Source: an uncultured Nitrospiraceae bacterium (GTDB lineage Bacteria; Nitrospirota; Nitrospiria; Nitrospirales; Nitrospiraceae). Taken from it: a stretch of 32,000 bases of DNA. Under the pieces are notes generated by a model that did not search any database, was not told where the DNA came from, and worked only from the letters and a program-made list of their open reading frames with translations. The stretch's first letter is position 1, and the number at the start of each line of letters is the position of its first letter. Position numbers and translations under genes: made by a program. Shown in pieces: positions 8,975 through 16,049 of this stretch. The stretch covers positions 20,637-52,636 of the forward strand of contig CAVVIR010000010.1 of the NCBI GenBank assembly GCA_963748375.1, read 5' to 3'.

Positions 8975-9922
8975 TTAGGGGTTCCAGGGCGTCAGTGGCA
9001 TCAGCGGAGCATTCTTGGCTACCGGTGTAATCGTCAGCGCGGCAATGGCTCCACGAAGGGCTCCAGTGAGCGAATGCGTCACAATCGGATAGACCCCGGG
9101 TGATTCGGAGACCAAGTCGAATGTGGCGGCGCTTCCGGGTCCCACAACATAGGTTTGCACCCCTGTGAGTTTGTTGGCAGGGTTCCCGCTCTCGTAGACG
9201 TTGTCCCAAATCTCGCCGATCGGGTGGAGCGAGGAAAACTCGTTGGGGCCCGCGTTCACAAAATAGATCCGGACCCGCTCATTCGGTTTCGCCTCCAGCG
9301 CTTCCGCGCCGATGAAGAAGGGATGATACTTGAAGATCCCTCCGTTGAAGACCGTATAGTCGAACTTCCGAGCGAACATGGCCTCGACATCGTCGGGGTT
9401 CTTCCAGAGCTCAGATTGGACCAACAAAAACTCCCGGTCCGCTTTCGGCCAGACCTTCGGATCCTTGGGATCGACGATAATCGCGCCGAACATGCCGCGC
9501 GCGACGTGCTGGATCATGGGCGCTGCGCCGCAATGATAGAAAAACACGCCGGGCTTCTTCGCCACAAAGGTGAAGGAAATGGTTTCTCCCGGATTGATGG
9601 CCCGGTAGTTCTTCAGGAAATCGATTTCCGCCGCATGGAAGTCCATGGCGTGTGGATAAACATTGGTCTTGGGATTCTCCAGCGTGAAGTTGACAGTGTC
9701 GCCTTCCGTGACCCGCACGGCCGGCCCCGGCATCTGGCCGTTGAACGTCCAGGCCTTATATTTCGTTCCCGTTCCTTCAATCACGATTTCCGTTTCGAGC
9801 GCCGTCATCTTGACGTCATGGGTCTTCGCAGATGCCTCGGAGGGCAATCCCATCAATCCGGCCATCGCAAGGACCATGGCCCCTGCGATGGCCATCAGTT
9901 GAGGTGATTGTCTTTTCATCAT
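8975..9922 (-). CDS. nirK: copper-containing nitrite reductase-like two-domain multicopper protein (NirK family)
   Basis: ORF track 8975..9967. A GAGGAG RBS precedes the ATGATG at 9922, followed by a signal peptide. NirK motifs are present: WTFNGQMPGP, PHAMDFH (T1/T2 His plus catalytic Asp), FFYHCGAAPMIQHVARGM (His-Cys ... His ... Met), and THSLTGALRGA (third T2 His context). Confidence 0.8.
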   Translation of the reverse strand: MMKRQSPQLMAIAGAMVLAMAGLMGLPSEASAKTHDVKMTALETEIVIEGTGTKYKAWTFNGQMPGPAVRVTEGDTVNFTLENPKTNVYPHAMDFHAAEIDFLKNYRAINPGETISFTFVAKKPGVFFYHCGAAPMIQHVARGMFGAIIVDPKDPKVWPKADREFLLVQSELWKNPDDVEAMFARKFDYTVFNGGIFKYHPFFIGAEALEAKPNERVRIYFVNAGPNEFSSLHPIGEIWDNVYESGNPANKLTGVQTYVVGPGSAATFDLVSESPGVYPIVTHSLTGALRGAIAALTITPVAKNAPLMPLTPWNP

Positions 9923-10195
9923 GGTTGAACTCCTCTCTGAAATGGTTGGGCGAACTTCTCCAGGCAAATGTGCAACTGGTCTTTTCTATGTGAGGGTCTC
10001 ACTGGCACTTCGTCTGTGTGTGAGGAAAAGAATAACATAGCCAAATTCGTTGATGTAATATCGTAGTGTCCGGTTAAGAGTCAAGCCCTTTGTTAGTCCC
10101 AAATGAGCCTGTGACCCAAAACCAGAAAAGTAGGCCAGCGGGAGCTTGAGGGACCGGCCCGCGACGTGGTCTTCTTGACCCAGAAGGAGGACCCG

Positions 10196-10453
10196 ACGAG
10201 GGCACACCGAGGCAACAGATTCTGGCCGCGCTGCGGGAAGCAGAGGGTGGCATGACCGGGGTGGACGTGTCGGCGGGCCGGCATCAGCGAGCAGACGTTT
10301 TACGCGTGGAAGCGCAAGTATGCGGGGCTGGGCCTCAGTGAACTGCGCGAACTGCGGCAGCTCCGTGAGGAGAATGCCAAGTTGAAACGCTTGGTGGCGG
10401 ATCTCTCGCTCGATCGCCATATGCTGCAGGAGATCGTGCGAAAAAAGCTGTAG
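10196..10453 (+). pseudogene. IS3 orfA (HTH transposase subunit), start codon ACG and an internal -1/+1 lesion pair
   Basis: The AAGGAGG at 10184-10190 is followed 5 nt later by an in-frame ACG rather than ATG. The readable peptide is ..TPRQQILAALREAEGGMTGVD (shifted frame, 10201-10266), then CRRAGISEQTFYAWKRKYAGLGLSELRELRQLREENAKLKRLVADLSLDRHMLQEIVRKKL and a stop. Confidence 0.7.
10441..10447 (+). promoter_or_regulatory. IS3-type -1 programmed ribosomal frameshift heptamer A AAA AAG
   Basis: The sequence cgA AAA AAG ctg tag sits at the end of orfA. Reading the -1 frame from here gives KKAVGPRDRPVLARWAQTTYQVSERRVSRLL, the expected OrfB N-terminus. Confidence 0.7.
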
Positions 10454-11320
10454 GGCCTCGGGACCGGCCTGTGCTGGCACGCTGGGCGCAAACGACCTAT
10501 CAGGTCAGTGAGCGCCGGGTCTCGAGGCTGTTGCCGATGGCGCGAGCCTCCTTGCAGTATCGGAGTCGCCGTGATCCGCAGGAGGCGTTGCGCATGCGGT
10601 TGCGAGAGTTGGCGGCGAGCCGAGTACGCTTCGGGTATCGGCGACTCACGGTGTTGCTGAGACGGGAGGGGTGGCAGGTGAAGGCCAAACGGATCTATCG
10701 GTTGTAGACGGAGAAGGGCTGACGGTGCGGACCCAACACCGCACGAAGGCCGCGGGCCGAGCCCGTGTGCCGCAACCAGGGGCGACCGCCCCGAACCAGC
10801 GGTGGAGTATGGACTTCATGAGCGAGCGCGTGGCGGATGGCCGCTGGTTTCGGATTCTGACCGTCGTGGACCAGTTCACGCGGGAATGCTTGTGTTTGGT
10901 GGCTGATCAGTCTCTCACCGGGGAGAAGGTGGCGCAGGCGTTAGAGCCGGTGGTGATGCAACGTGGCGCACCGCGTGCGATCACCGTGGACAACGGCAGC
11001 AAATTTGCCAGTCGGGTCATGGATGCCTGGGCCTACCGGCATGGGATCCAGCTGGATTTTTTCGGCCAGGCAAATCGGTTGAGAACGACTTCATCGAGAG
11101 CTTCAATGGACGGCTACGGGATGAATGCCTCAATGTGGAAGTGTTTTTCATGATCGAGGACGTGCGACAGAAGTTGGCGCGGTGGCAGCAGGACTACAAT
11201 CGGGGTCGACCCCATAGTGCACTGGCAGGCCGGGTGCCTGCGGCGTTTGTGGCCGAGTGGGTCGCGGCGACCACACCGACTGACCAGGACGCCCCTGAAT
11301 TACTGGAGACACTCCCGTGA
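10441..11320 (+). pseudogene. IS3 orfB (DDE integrase-type transposase) broken by two uncompensated -1 lesions
   Basis: Three ORF-track pieces lie in three frames. The first is 10471-10707 (..FGYRRLTVLLRREGWQVKAKRIYRL). The second is 10671-11153 (EGLTVRT..PNQRWSMDFMSERVADGRWFRILTVVDQFTRECL..ITVDNGSKFASRVMDAWAYRHGIQLDF). The third is 11135-11320, which with its upstream in-frame extension reads RPGKSVENDFIESFNGRLRDECLNVEVFF..DYNRGRPHSAL. The breaks lie near 10696 and in the T6 run at 11057-11062. Confidence 0.8.
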
Positions 11321-11362
11321 GCCATGGTAGATTCGCAGCGCCACACTGGCGGCCCACACCGA

Positions 11363-11408
11363 TTAAAAAACCGATCCGCCATTCCATCTTTCGACAGAAT
11401 GGCGGATC
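11363..11408 (-). terminator. rho-independent terminator downstream of amoB
   Basis: A perfect 12-bp stem pairs gatccgccattc (11373-11384) with gaatggcggatc (11397-11408). On the minus strand it is followed by GGTTTTTTAA (plus-strand aaaaaa at 11365-11370), 33 nt after the amoB stop. Confidence 0.75.
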
Positions 11409-11440
11409 AGTGTCACTCTCAAACGTGACGAACCCCTACT

Positions 11441-12706
11441 TTATCCAGCAGTGGCCCTTGTAAAGACTGGGATGATGTTGCCGGCAATGCTGTTGATATG
11501 CCGGTTACCTGTTTCGTCCCAAGACATTACAAGCCCTCCGAAACGCTGGTCAGGATCGTGGACCAGGTCCATCAATCTCTGTATTTCCCACAGCGAATCC
11601 CTTGAATCGAGCTTAACTTCTTTGGTTTCGCCTGGCATGATCGGGGACTCATCTTCGATATGCAAGCCGTCTTGCGCCATAATTTCAGCTGGATAGGTCG
11701 GGTCGTTGTTGTTAGCTACACCGACCTTGTTCAGGAACCGAATGCCTGCTGTCGTAAACTCTCCAATCCTGAGTGGCTGCTCTCCGCTATTGGTGACCTG
11801 CAAGGTCATACGAAGAGCGCGACCAGGAACGTCATAGTCTGCGGCAAGCACCTTAACCGTCAAGTCCGACTTCAAATGAGTGGACTTGATCTTTGGTTCA
11901 CCAGCCTGGAGTGGGATGGTATATGGATACTGAGCGTCTGTATAGAAGAAACCAATGGCAATCAAAGCAAAAACTACCCCCAACATTGCAAAGGCAAATA
12001 CGCGGTCAATTGGGTCATTGAGGAGTTCGTCTCCACCCTCTTGCGCCAGTACGCGGGCGCGAATGAGGAACATCGGCCTGACCATGAACCAGCCGATCCA
12101 GAAGAATCCAAGCGCTCCCCATAGGACATGCCAGAAGAGCCCGGCTGCCAGGCCAGCAGTCTCTGTATCGGCAGTCCCGCCAACCAGCAACTTTATGGGG
12201 TTGGTAAAGTCTTTATAATTACCGGTGATGTCCATCCAGCCCCCTGGCCCTGCGATAGGACCGGCCCCGTTGACAGCTAACATCGGGTGGATGTGGTGAT
12301 GACCAGGCAACCGGCCTCTCAGCTTGATCACGTACTCGTAGTCTCCACCGATTTCCATGGGGCCCGAGGTCATCATCGGCACCCCGTTCACTTTCGAACT
12401 GAGACGTGTGAACACTGAACTCGGGCTTCCCACGTTTATGAAGGTACGGTTGGGCTTAACAACGGCCCTTGGCCAGTCTTCAGAAATATGGATCTTGCCG
12501 GACAACATAGCTTCCTCGTTGACATTGGTCTTCTGAGGATTCCATCTTGTGTCGTACCACTGCGCGGTACGCATTCGCAGGAACGGTTCCTGAGAGCGCT
12601 CCCCGTGGGCGGCGGCGGTTGAGACATTGAAAGCCAGGGTAAGCCCCAGCGTCGCCATCCCAAGGGAGCCGATCACGCATAATTTGAAAATGTTTTTGAC
12701 GTTCAT
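11441..12706 (-). CDS. amoB: ammonia monooxygenase subunit B
   Basis: ORF track 11441..12811. An AGGGGA RBS precedes the ATG at 12706 (MNVKNIFKLCVIGSLGMATLGLTLAFNVSTAAA/HGERSQEPFLRMRTAQWYD). This is the AmoB/PmoB N-terminal His after the signal peptide. It also has HHHIHPML, two central TM helices and a C-terminal cupredoxin-like domain. The longer track ORF would overlap amoA and is rejected. Confidence 0.95.
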   Translation of the reverse strand: MNVKNIFKLCVIGSLGMATLGLTLAFNVSTAAAHGERSQEPFLRMRTAQWYDTRWNPQKTNVNEEAMLSGKIHISEDWPRAVVKPNRTFINVGSPSSVFTRLSSKVNGVPMMTSGPMEIGGDYEYVIKLRGRLPGHHHIHPMLAVNGAGPIAGPGGWMDITGNYKDFTNPIKLLVGGTADTETAGLAAGLFWHVLWGALGFFWIGWFMVRPMFLIRARVLAQEGGDELLNDPIDRVFAFAMLGVVFALIAIGFFYTDAQYPYTIPLQAGEPKIKSTHLKSDLTVKVLAADYDVPGRALRMTLQVTNSGEQPLRIGEFTTAGIRFLNKVGVANNNDPTYPAEIMAQDGLHIEDESPIMPGETKEVKLDSRDSLWEIQRLMDLVHDPDQRFGGLVMSWDETGNRHINSIAGNIIPVFTRATAG

Positions 12707-12746
12707 GTTTTCCCCTATGATAGTGAAGTCGCCGCAGTCTTTGTCG

Positions 12747-13610
12747 TCACTCTGTGCCCTGGGGCAATACCATCTGGCGTGCCATGTCTCGCGCAAATTC
12801 ATCTGTGCCAACGATCATGGTGTCATTCATCCGACTCATGACACCACGTCTGCCCTTAACCCAAAAGAAGGATTGTCCGACAAAGTGTCCAATTTGCCAC
12901 CAAATGGTGAACATCAACATGGAGATGAAGGCCGAGAAGAACGCTGAAATCCAAACGGTGTGTCCGCCGAACGTACGGAGCGATCCTACCTCGATGATTC
13001 GGATGTATTCAGGCGTTCCGGTCCTCACAAATGTGAATCCCATGTAGTCGGCCAGTGAAATCAACTGCCCGTCCACGACCACCGGTTGGTGGCTGTACCC
13101 GAATATAGCGTAATTTGTAGGATTAAATACCATCGCGAACGCCCAGACTCCAAATATCGCTGTGAGCATCCAGCTCCTTGTCAAGAGCAAGGTGGCATCG
13201 AGGATCAATGCGCTGGACACCATCGTGGCAGGCATCACGAAGTTTGCTGGGAAATTCGCCCACCAGTACCAGGCAAACAGAACCGTGATCCACTTCCCGA
13301 CGAGAAGCCCCGTGATGCTCAACGTTGCACCAAAGGGTTGCCGGTAGAACGTCCAGAAATAGTACATGATCGCACCGGGATACATCACCTCTACGATCGG
13401 TGTGACCGTGACCCAGAACTGCCGATCCTTCCAGTCGATCCAGAAATCCCAGTCTCCTGCTAACAGGTCGAAGTGCATATGGAAAGTTGCAAATACCCCG
13501 AAATATGCAATGGGAAGAAAGTACACCGCGTCTAACATTCTTGACAGCTTCACGCCTTCTGGCGGAAGCTTGCTCGCTGCGATAATTTCTTTAGTTCTAA
13601 ACAGTGCCAT
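12747..13610 (-). CDS. amoA: ammonia monooxygenase subunit A
   Basis: A GAGGAGGAG RBS is present. The 287-aa product is about 60 percent identical by eye to betaproteobacterial AmoA (HMHF.LLAGDWDFW.DWKDRQ.W, YRQPFGATL, FVRTGTPEYIR.IE.GSLRTFGGHT, SAFFSAF.SMLMFT.WW). The divergence pattern is what I associate with comammox Nitrospira. Confidence 0.97.
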   Translation of the reverse strand: MALFRTKEIIAASKLPPEGVKLSRMLDAVYFLPIAYFGVFATFHMHFDLLAGDWDFWIDWKDRQFWVTVTPIVEVMYPGAIMYYFWTFYRQPFGATLSITGLLVGKWITVLFAWYWWANFPANFVMPATMVSSALILDATLLLTRSWMLTAIFGVWAFAMVFNPTNYAIFGYSHQPVVVDGQLISLADYMGFTFVRTGTPEYIRIIEVGSLRTFGGHTVWISAFFSAFISMLMFTIWWQIGHFVGQSFFWVKGRRGVMSRMNDTMIVGTDEFARDMARQMVLPQGTE

Positions 13611-13732
13611 TTATCTCCTCCTCGCTCGTTCTGAACATCAGTCCTCTCCCTTATTATTAGCTGACTGGTTGGCCAGCCCTACTTCTCTGAATTTTGAGCG
13701 CAGGGCTAGCCCACCGAGACCAACGGTACAGT

Positions 13733-14521
13733 TTAGTACGGGATCACGTGCAAGCAGTCCTTGCTCTCGTTGTTCCAGACCACATCGCACAGGTTGGACA
13801 TGCGCGCCACAATCTGTGCCGCCACGCCGCCCGTCCCGCCAAACAACCCGCACCAGCCCAAGGTCACAAAGCCCCAGTGCAACGGCGCCGCAAAGAGTTC
13901 ATCGACGAACCAGAACGCATGCCCCCACTCGTTGAGGCCCACGTTCGGGAGAATCATCATCGGGCCCACGATCGCCCCCACCAACGGGAACGACACCGCC
14001 TTGCTGAACTGCGGCAACCGCGTCATCGCATAGAGGTAACTCGCGACTCCCATGGTGATGTAGAGCGGGAACGTGAAGTAGAACGCGATAATATGGCTCG
14101 CCGTGAAGCTCGTATCCCGGATGATCACCTGATGCCACGACGCGTCCTGCTCCAGGGTGTAGCTGCCGGCCCAATAGACGCCGAACACATATAGGGCCAG
14201 CCACATCATCCAGTAGAAATACCGCTTCAGCTCCGTCTTGGGATCCACATTGGCGACGTTGCGATCGCGCGTTTGCCAGATCCACCCGAGGATCGCGCTT
14301 GCGTTGATGATGTTGGCAATCACGTTAAACCGCCACAGCCCCATCCAGACGGTCTCGAACTCCGGGGTCATGGAGTCCAAGCCGTGGGAATACCCGAAGA
14401 CACGCTGAAAGATGACTTCGGCCCCCACCGCTCCCAACATTGCAAACCAGCCGATCTTGAGGGGCCTGGAATCGTACCAGAGCGACATGTCATAGCCGCT
14501 CTTGTCGCTACCCCCCCCCAT
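13733..14521 (-). CDS. amoC: ammonia monooxygenase subunit C; 5' end ambiguous because of a C9 tract
   Basis: AmoC/PmoC signatures are present: [72 protein letters not shown]. The coordinates use the first in-frame ATG (14521). The track start at 14572 is a GTG upstream of the SD. The SD-proximal ATG at 14538 is out of frame by one; see findings. Confidence 0.93.
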   Translation of the reverse strand: MGGGSDKSGYDMSLWYDSRPLKIGWFAMLGAVGAEVIFQRVFGYSHGLDSMTPEFETVWMGLWRFNVIANIINASAILGWIWQTRDRNVANVDPKTELKRYFYWMMWLALYVFGVYWAGSYTLEQDASWHQVIIRDTSFTASHIIAFYFTFPLYITMGVASYLYAMTRLPQFSKAVSFPLVGAIVGPMMILPNVGLNEWGHAFWFVDELFAAPLHWGFVTLGWCGLFGGTGGVAAQIVARMSNLCDVVWNNESKDCLHVIPY

Positions 14522-14642
14522 GTGGTTGTACTCGCCATACCCTGACCTCCTTGTTAAGTGATTGAGACCCACCGCTTATTCCGGAGAAAAATTCTCCGAC
14601 GGAACATTGCTACTATTGCTACCGTTTCATCTGCGTGGCGGG

Positions 14643-14672
14643 AGATTAGCGGATACAGTTTCTTGATGTCAA
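14643..14672 (-). promoter_or_regulatory. candidate sigma70 promoter of amoCAB
   Basis: On the minus strand, TTGACA (14672-14667), an 18-nt spacer and TAATCT (14648-14643) lie about 100 nt upstream of the amoC SD. The 5' leader contains a 7-bp hairpin, cggagaa/ttctccg (about 14582-14598). This rests on sequence pattern only. Confidence 0.35.
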
Positions 14673-14722
14673 GTAGAATATCCAAGGTGAAAGCTGCATC
14701 CTTTCCACATGCAAAACGCGTG

Positions 14723-15745
14723 CGAATGACTATGCACTTAACTCCAGTTTCGTCGCCTAAAATACAGAGTTCTAGGAGGTACTTGCAACCAGTCTTGAGT
14801 AGGGGGCAGGCTCAATGACAACAGCCTGCGCGACAAGTTTGTAGAATAGTTGCCAACGGTCTCTGGAGGTTCGACGGTTAAACCGAACCGTGAATTCATT
14901 GAGATAACAATCTAGTTGTTCACGGGACAAGGCCCCTTGGTGCGTACTCACCAGCCAGCGTTTAAATAAGGAGGCTACTCGGTGCACGCGAGGCAGCAAG
15001 GCCGGCGCTGTTTTGCCGCTGGTGTTGATTAAACGAGGTCGGTGTTTGAAGCCTTCCTGCTTCAACCCCGCATAGGCCTTCCATCCGTCTGTAATGACTA
15101 TGGAGCCTGGCTCAACGACGTGTTTCACGAAGGCGATAAGCTGACTTGGAGAGGCGGAGGAAATTCGGCGTAGCCGGATGCGGCCAACCCCTTTCCCATC
15201 GATCTGCGTGGCGATTGCCACGAGGGCCTTGCTTTCCAAGCTCCGGCGGCTTCCTCCCGCTTCAATGCGTCCCATCTGTATTTCGTCCACTTCAACGTGG
15301 CTTCGCAATCTGTCCCAATCCGGCAGTATCAATGCGCGTCGCAGTTTCTGTAGCCACGACCATGCCGTTCTGTAACTACCGATGCCCAGGAGTCGTTGCA
15401 GTCCCAACGCACTGAGGCGTTGCTTCTGATCAGTCATCCACCACATCGCGCGGAACCAGTCCTGTAATGGAAGGCGGGTTCGATGGAAGATCGTTCCTGC
15501 CGTGACCGAAGCTTGGTATCCACATCGGCGGCACATCAGGAGGCATCTCGTGGTGGTCCAACTGCCACTGGTTGTGCACTGAGGGCAACAGAACCCCGTT
15601 GGCCACCGCAGCTGAGCCAGGTAGGCACGGCACGCACGTTCAGTGGCAAAGCGTTGTTCGAATTTAGCGAGGGCTCGCATGTAATCCTCCATGGTGCGAC
15701 TCTGGAACAACTGGGCCTGCTGGAGTTAAGTGCATAGGTTATTCG
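14723..15745 (-). mobile_element. IS1595-family insertion sequence (about 1.0 kb) between copD and the amoC promoter
   Basis: Terminal inverted repeats are cgaatgac-tatgcacttaactccag (14723-14747) and ctggagttaagtgcataggttattcg (15720-15745). They share an 18-bp perfect core, CTATGCACTTAACTCCAG, and tightly enclose a single transposase gene. No clear target-site duplication was seen. Confidence 0.8.
14772..15692 (-). CDS. IS1595-family (ISXO2-like) DDE transposase with N-terminal zinc ribbon
   Basis: ORF track 14772..15710 has a TTG start; the first ATG is at 15692 (MEDYMRALAKFEQRFATERACRAYL). It has Cys pairs CCPQC..CRRC, then EVDEIQMG..ALVAIATQ..IVITDGWKAYAGL..HQGALSREQLDCYLNEFTVRFNRR, typical of DDE_Tnp_IS1595. 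Confidence 0.9.
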   Translation of the reverse strand: MEDYMRALAKFEQRFATERACRAYLAQLRWPTGFCCPQCTTSGSWTTTRCLLMCRRCGYQASVTAGTIFHRTRLPLQDWFRAMWWMTDQKQRLSALGLQRLLGIGSYRTAWSWLQKLRRALILPDWDRLRSHVEVDEIQMGRIEAGGSRRSLESKALVAIATQIDGKGVGRIRLRRISSASPSQLIAFVKHVVEPGSIVITDGWKAYAGLKQEGFKHRPRLINTSGKTAPALLPRVHRVASLFKRWLVSTHQGALSREQLDCYLNEFTVRFNRRTSRDRWQLFYKLVAQAVVIEPAPYSRLVASTS

Positions 15746-16049
15746 AGGACAAGAAATATACAAAAATGCATTGGAAATCAAGTGCCGGTATTGTGCATCC
15801 ATGTGTGAGACAACATCATGGCAGGCACGGTCGTGGTCCGCCCAACCACTTGGGCTGATATACATATCAATTGGAGTGAAACAGCTTCAAGGGACATCAA
15901 TCCTTGATGATCCCGAATACAAGGATTGTATAAGCTTGCCAGGCTCGGGGTATCAGAGCCTATTGACTCCATTGAATTATCAGGGGAGTGACCGTGGGAA
16001 CGTGCGCTCGCAATCCGTTCGCTATTACGGTCGATGTTCACGTGGAGAC

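Larger units (their letters stand above)
10117..11359 (+). mobile_element. IS3-family insertion sequence, decayed; ends approximate
   Basis: It has orfA/orfB architecture with an A AAA AAG frameshift heptamer, an OrfA HTH/leucine-zipper region and an OrfB DDE integrase core. Proposed ends TGTGACCC (10117) and GGCCCACA (11359) fit the IS3 TG..CA rule, but the inverted repeats are poor and no target duplication was found. Confidence 0.65.

Noticed and set aside
9155-9907. 250-aa plus-strand ORF
   Set aside because: It is antisense to the well-supported nirK-like gene and has no RBS or motifs.
10484-10500. sigma54-like motif TGGCAC-N5-GCGCA
   Set aside because: It lies inside IS3 orfB coding sequence, its -12 element is imperfect, and no downstream gene is in a suitable position. 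It is a likely chance match.
12707-12811. N-terminal extension of amoB from the ORF track (start 12811)
   Set aside because: It would overlap the amoA 3' end by 65 nt and precede the signal peptide. An RBS plus ATG at 12706 gives a canonical AmoB leader.
14522-14572. GTG start of amoC at 14572
   Set aside because: It lies upstream of the strong AAGGAGG Shine-Dalgarno (14544-14550), so it is unlikely to be the initiation codon.
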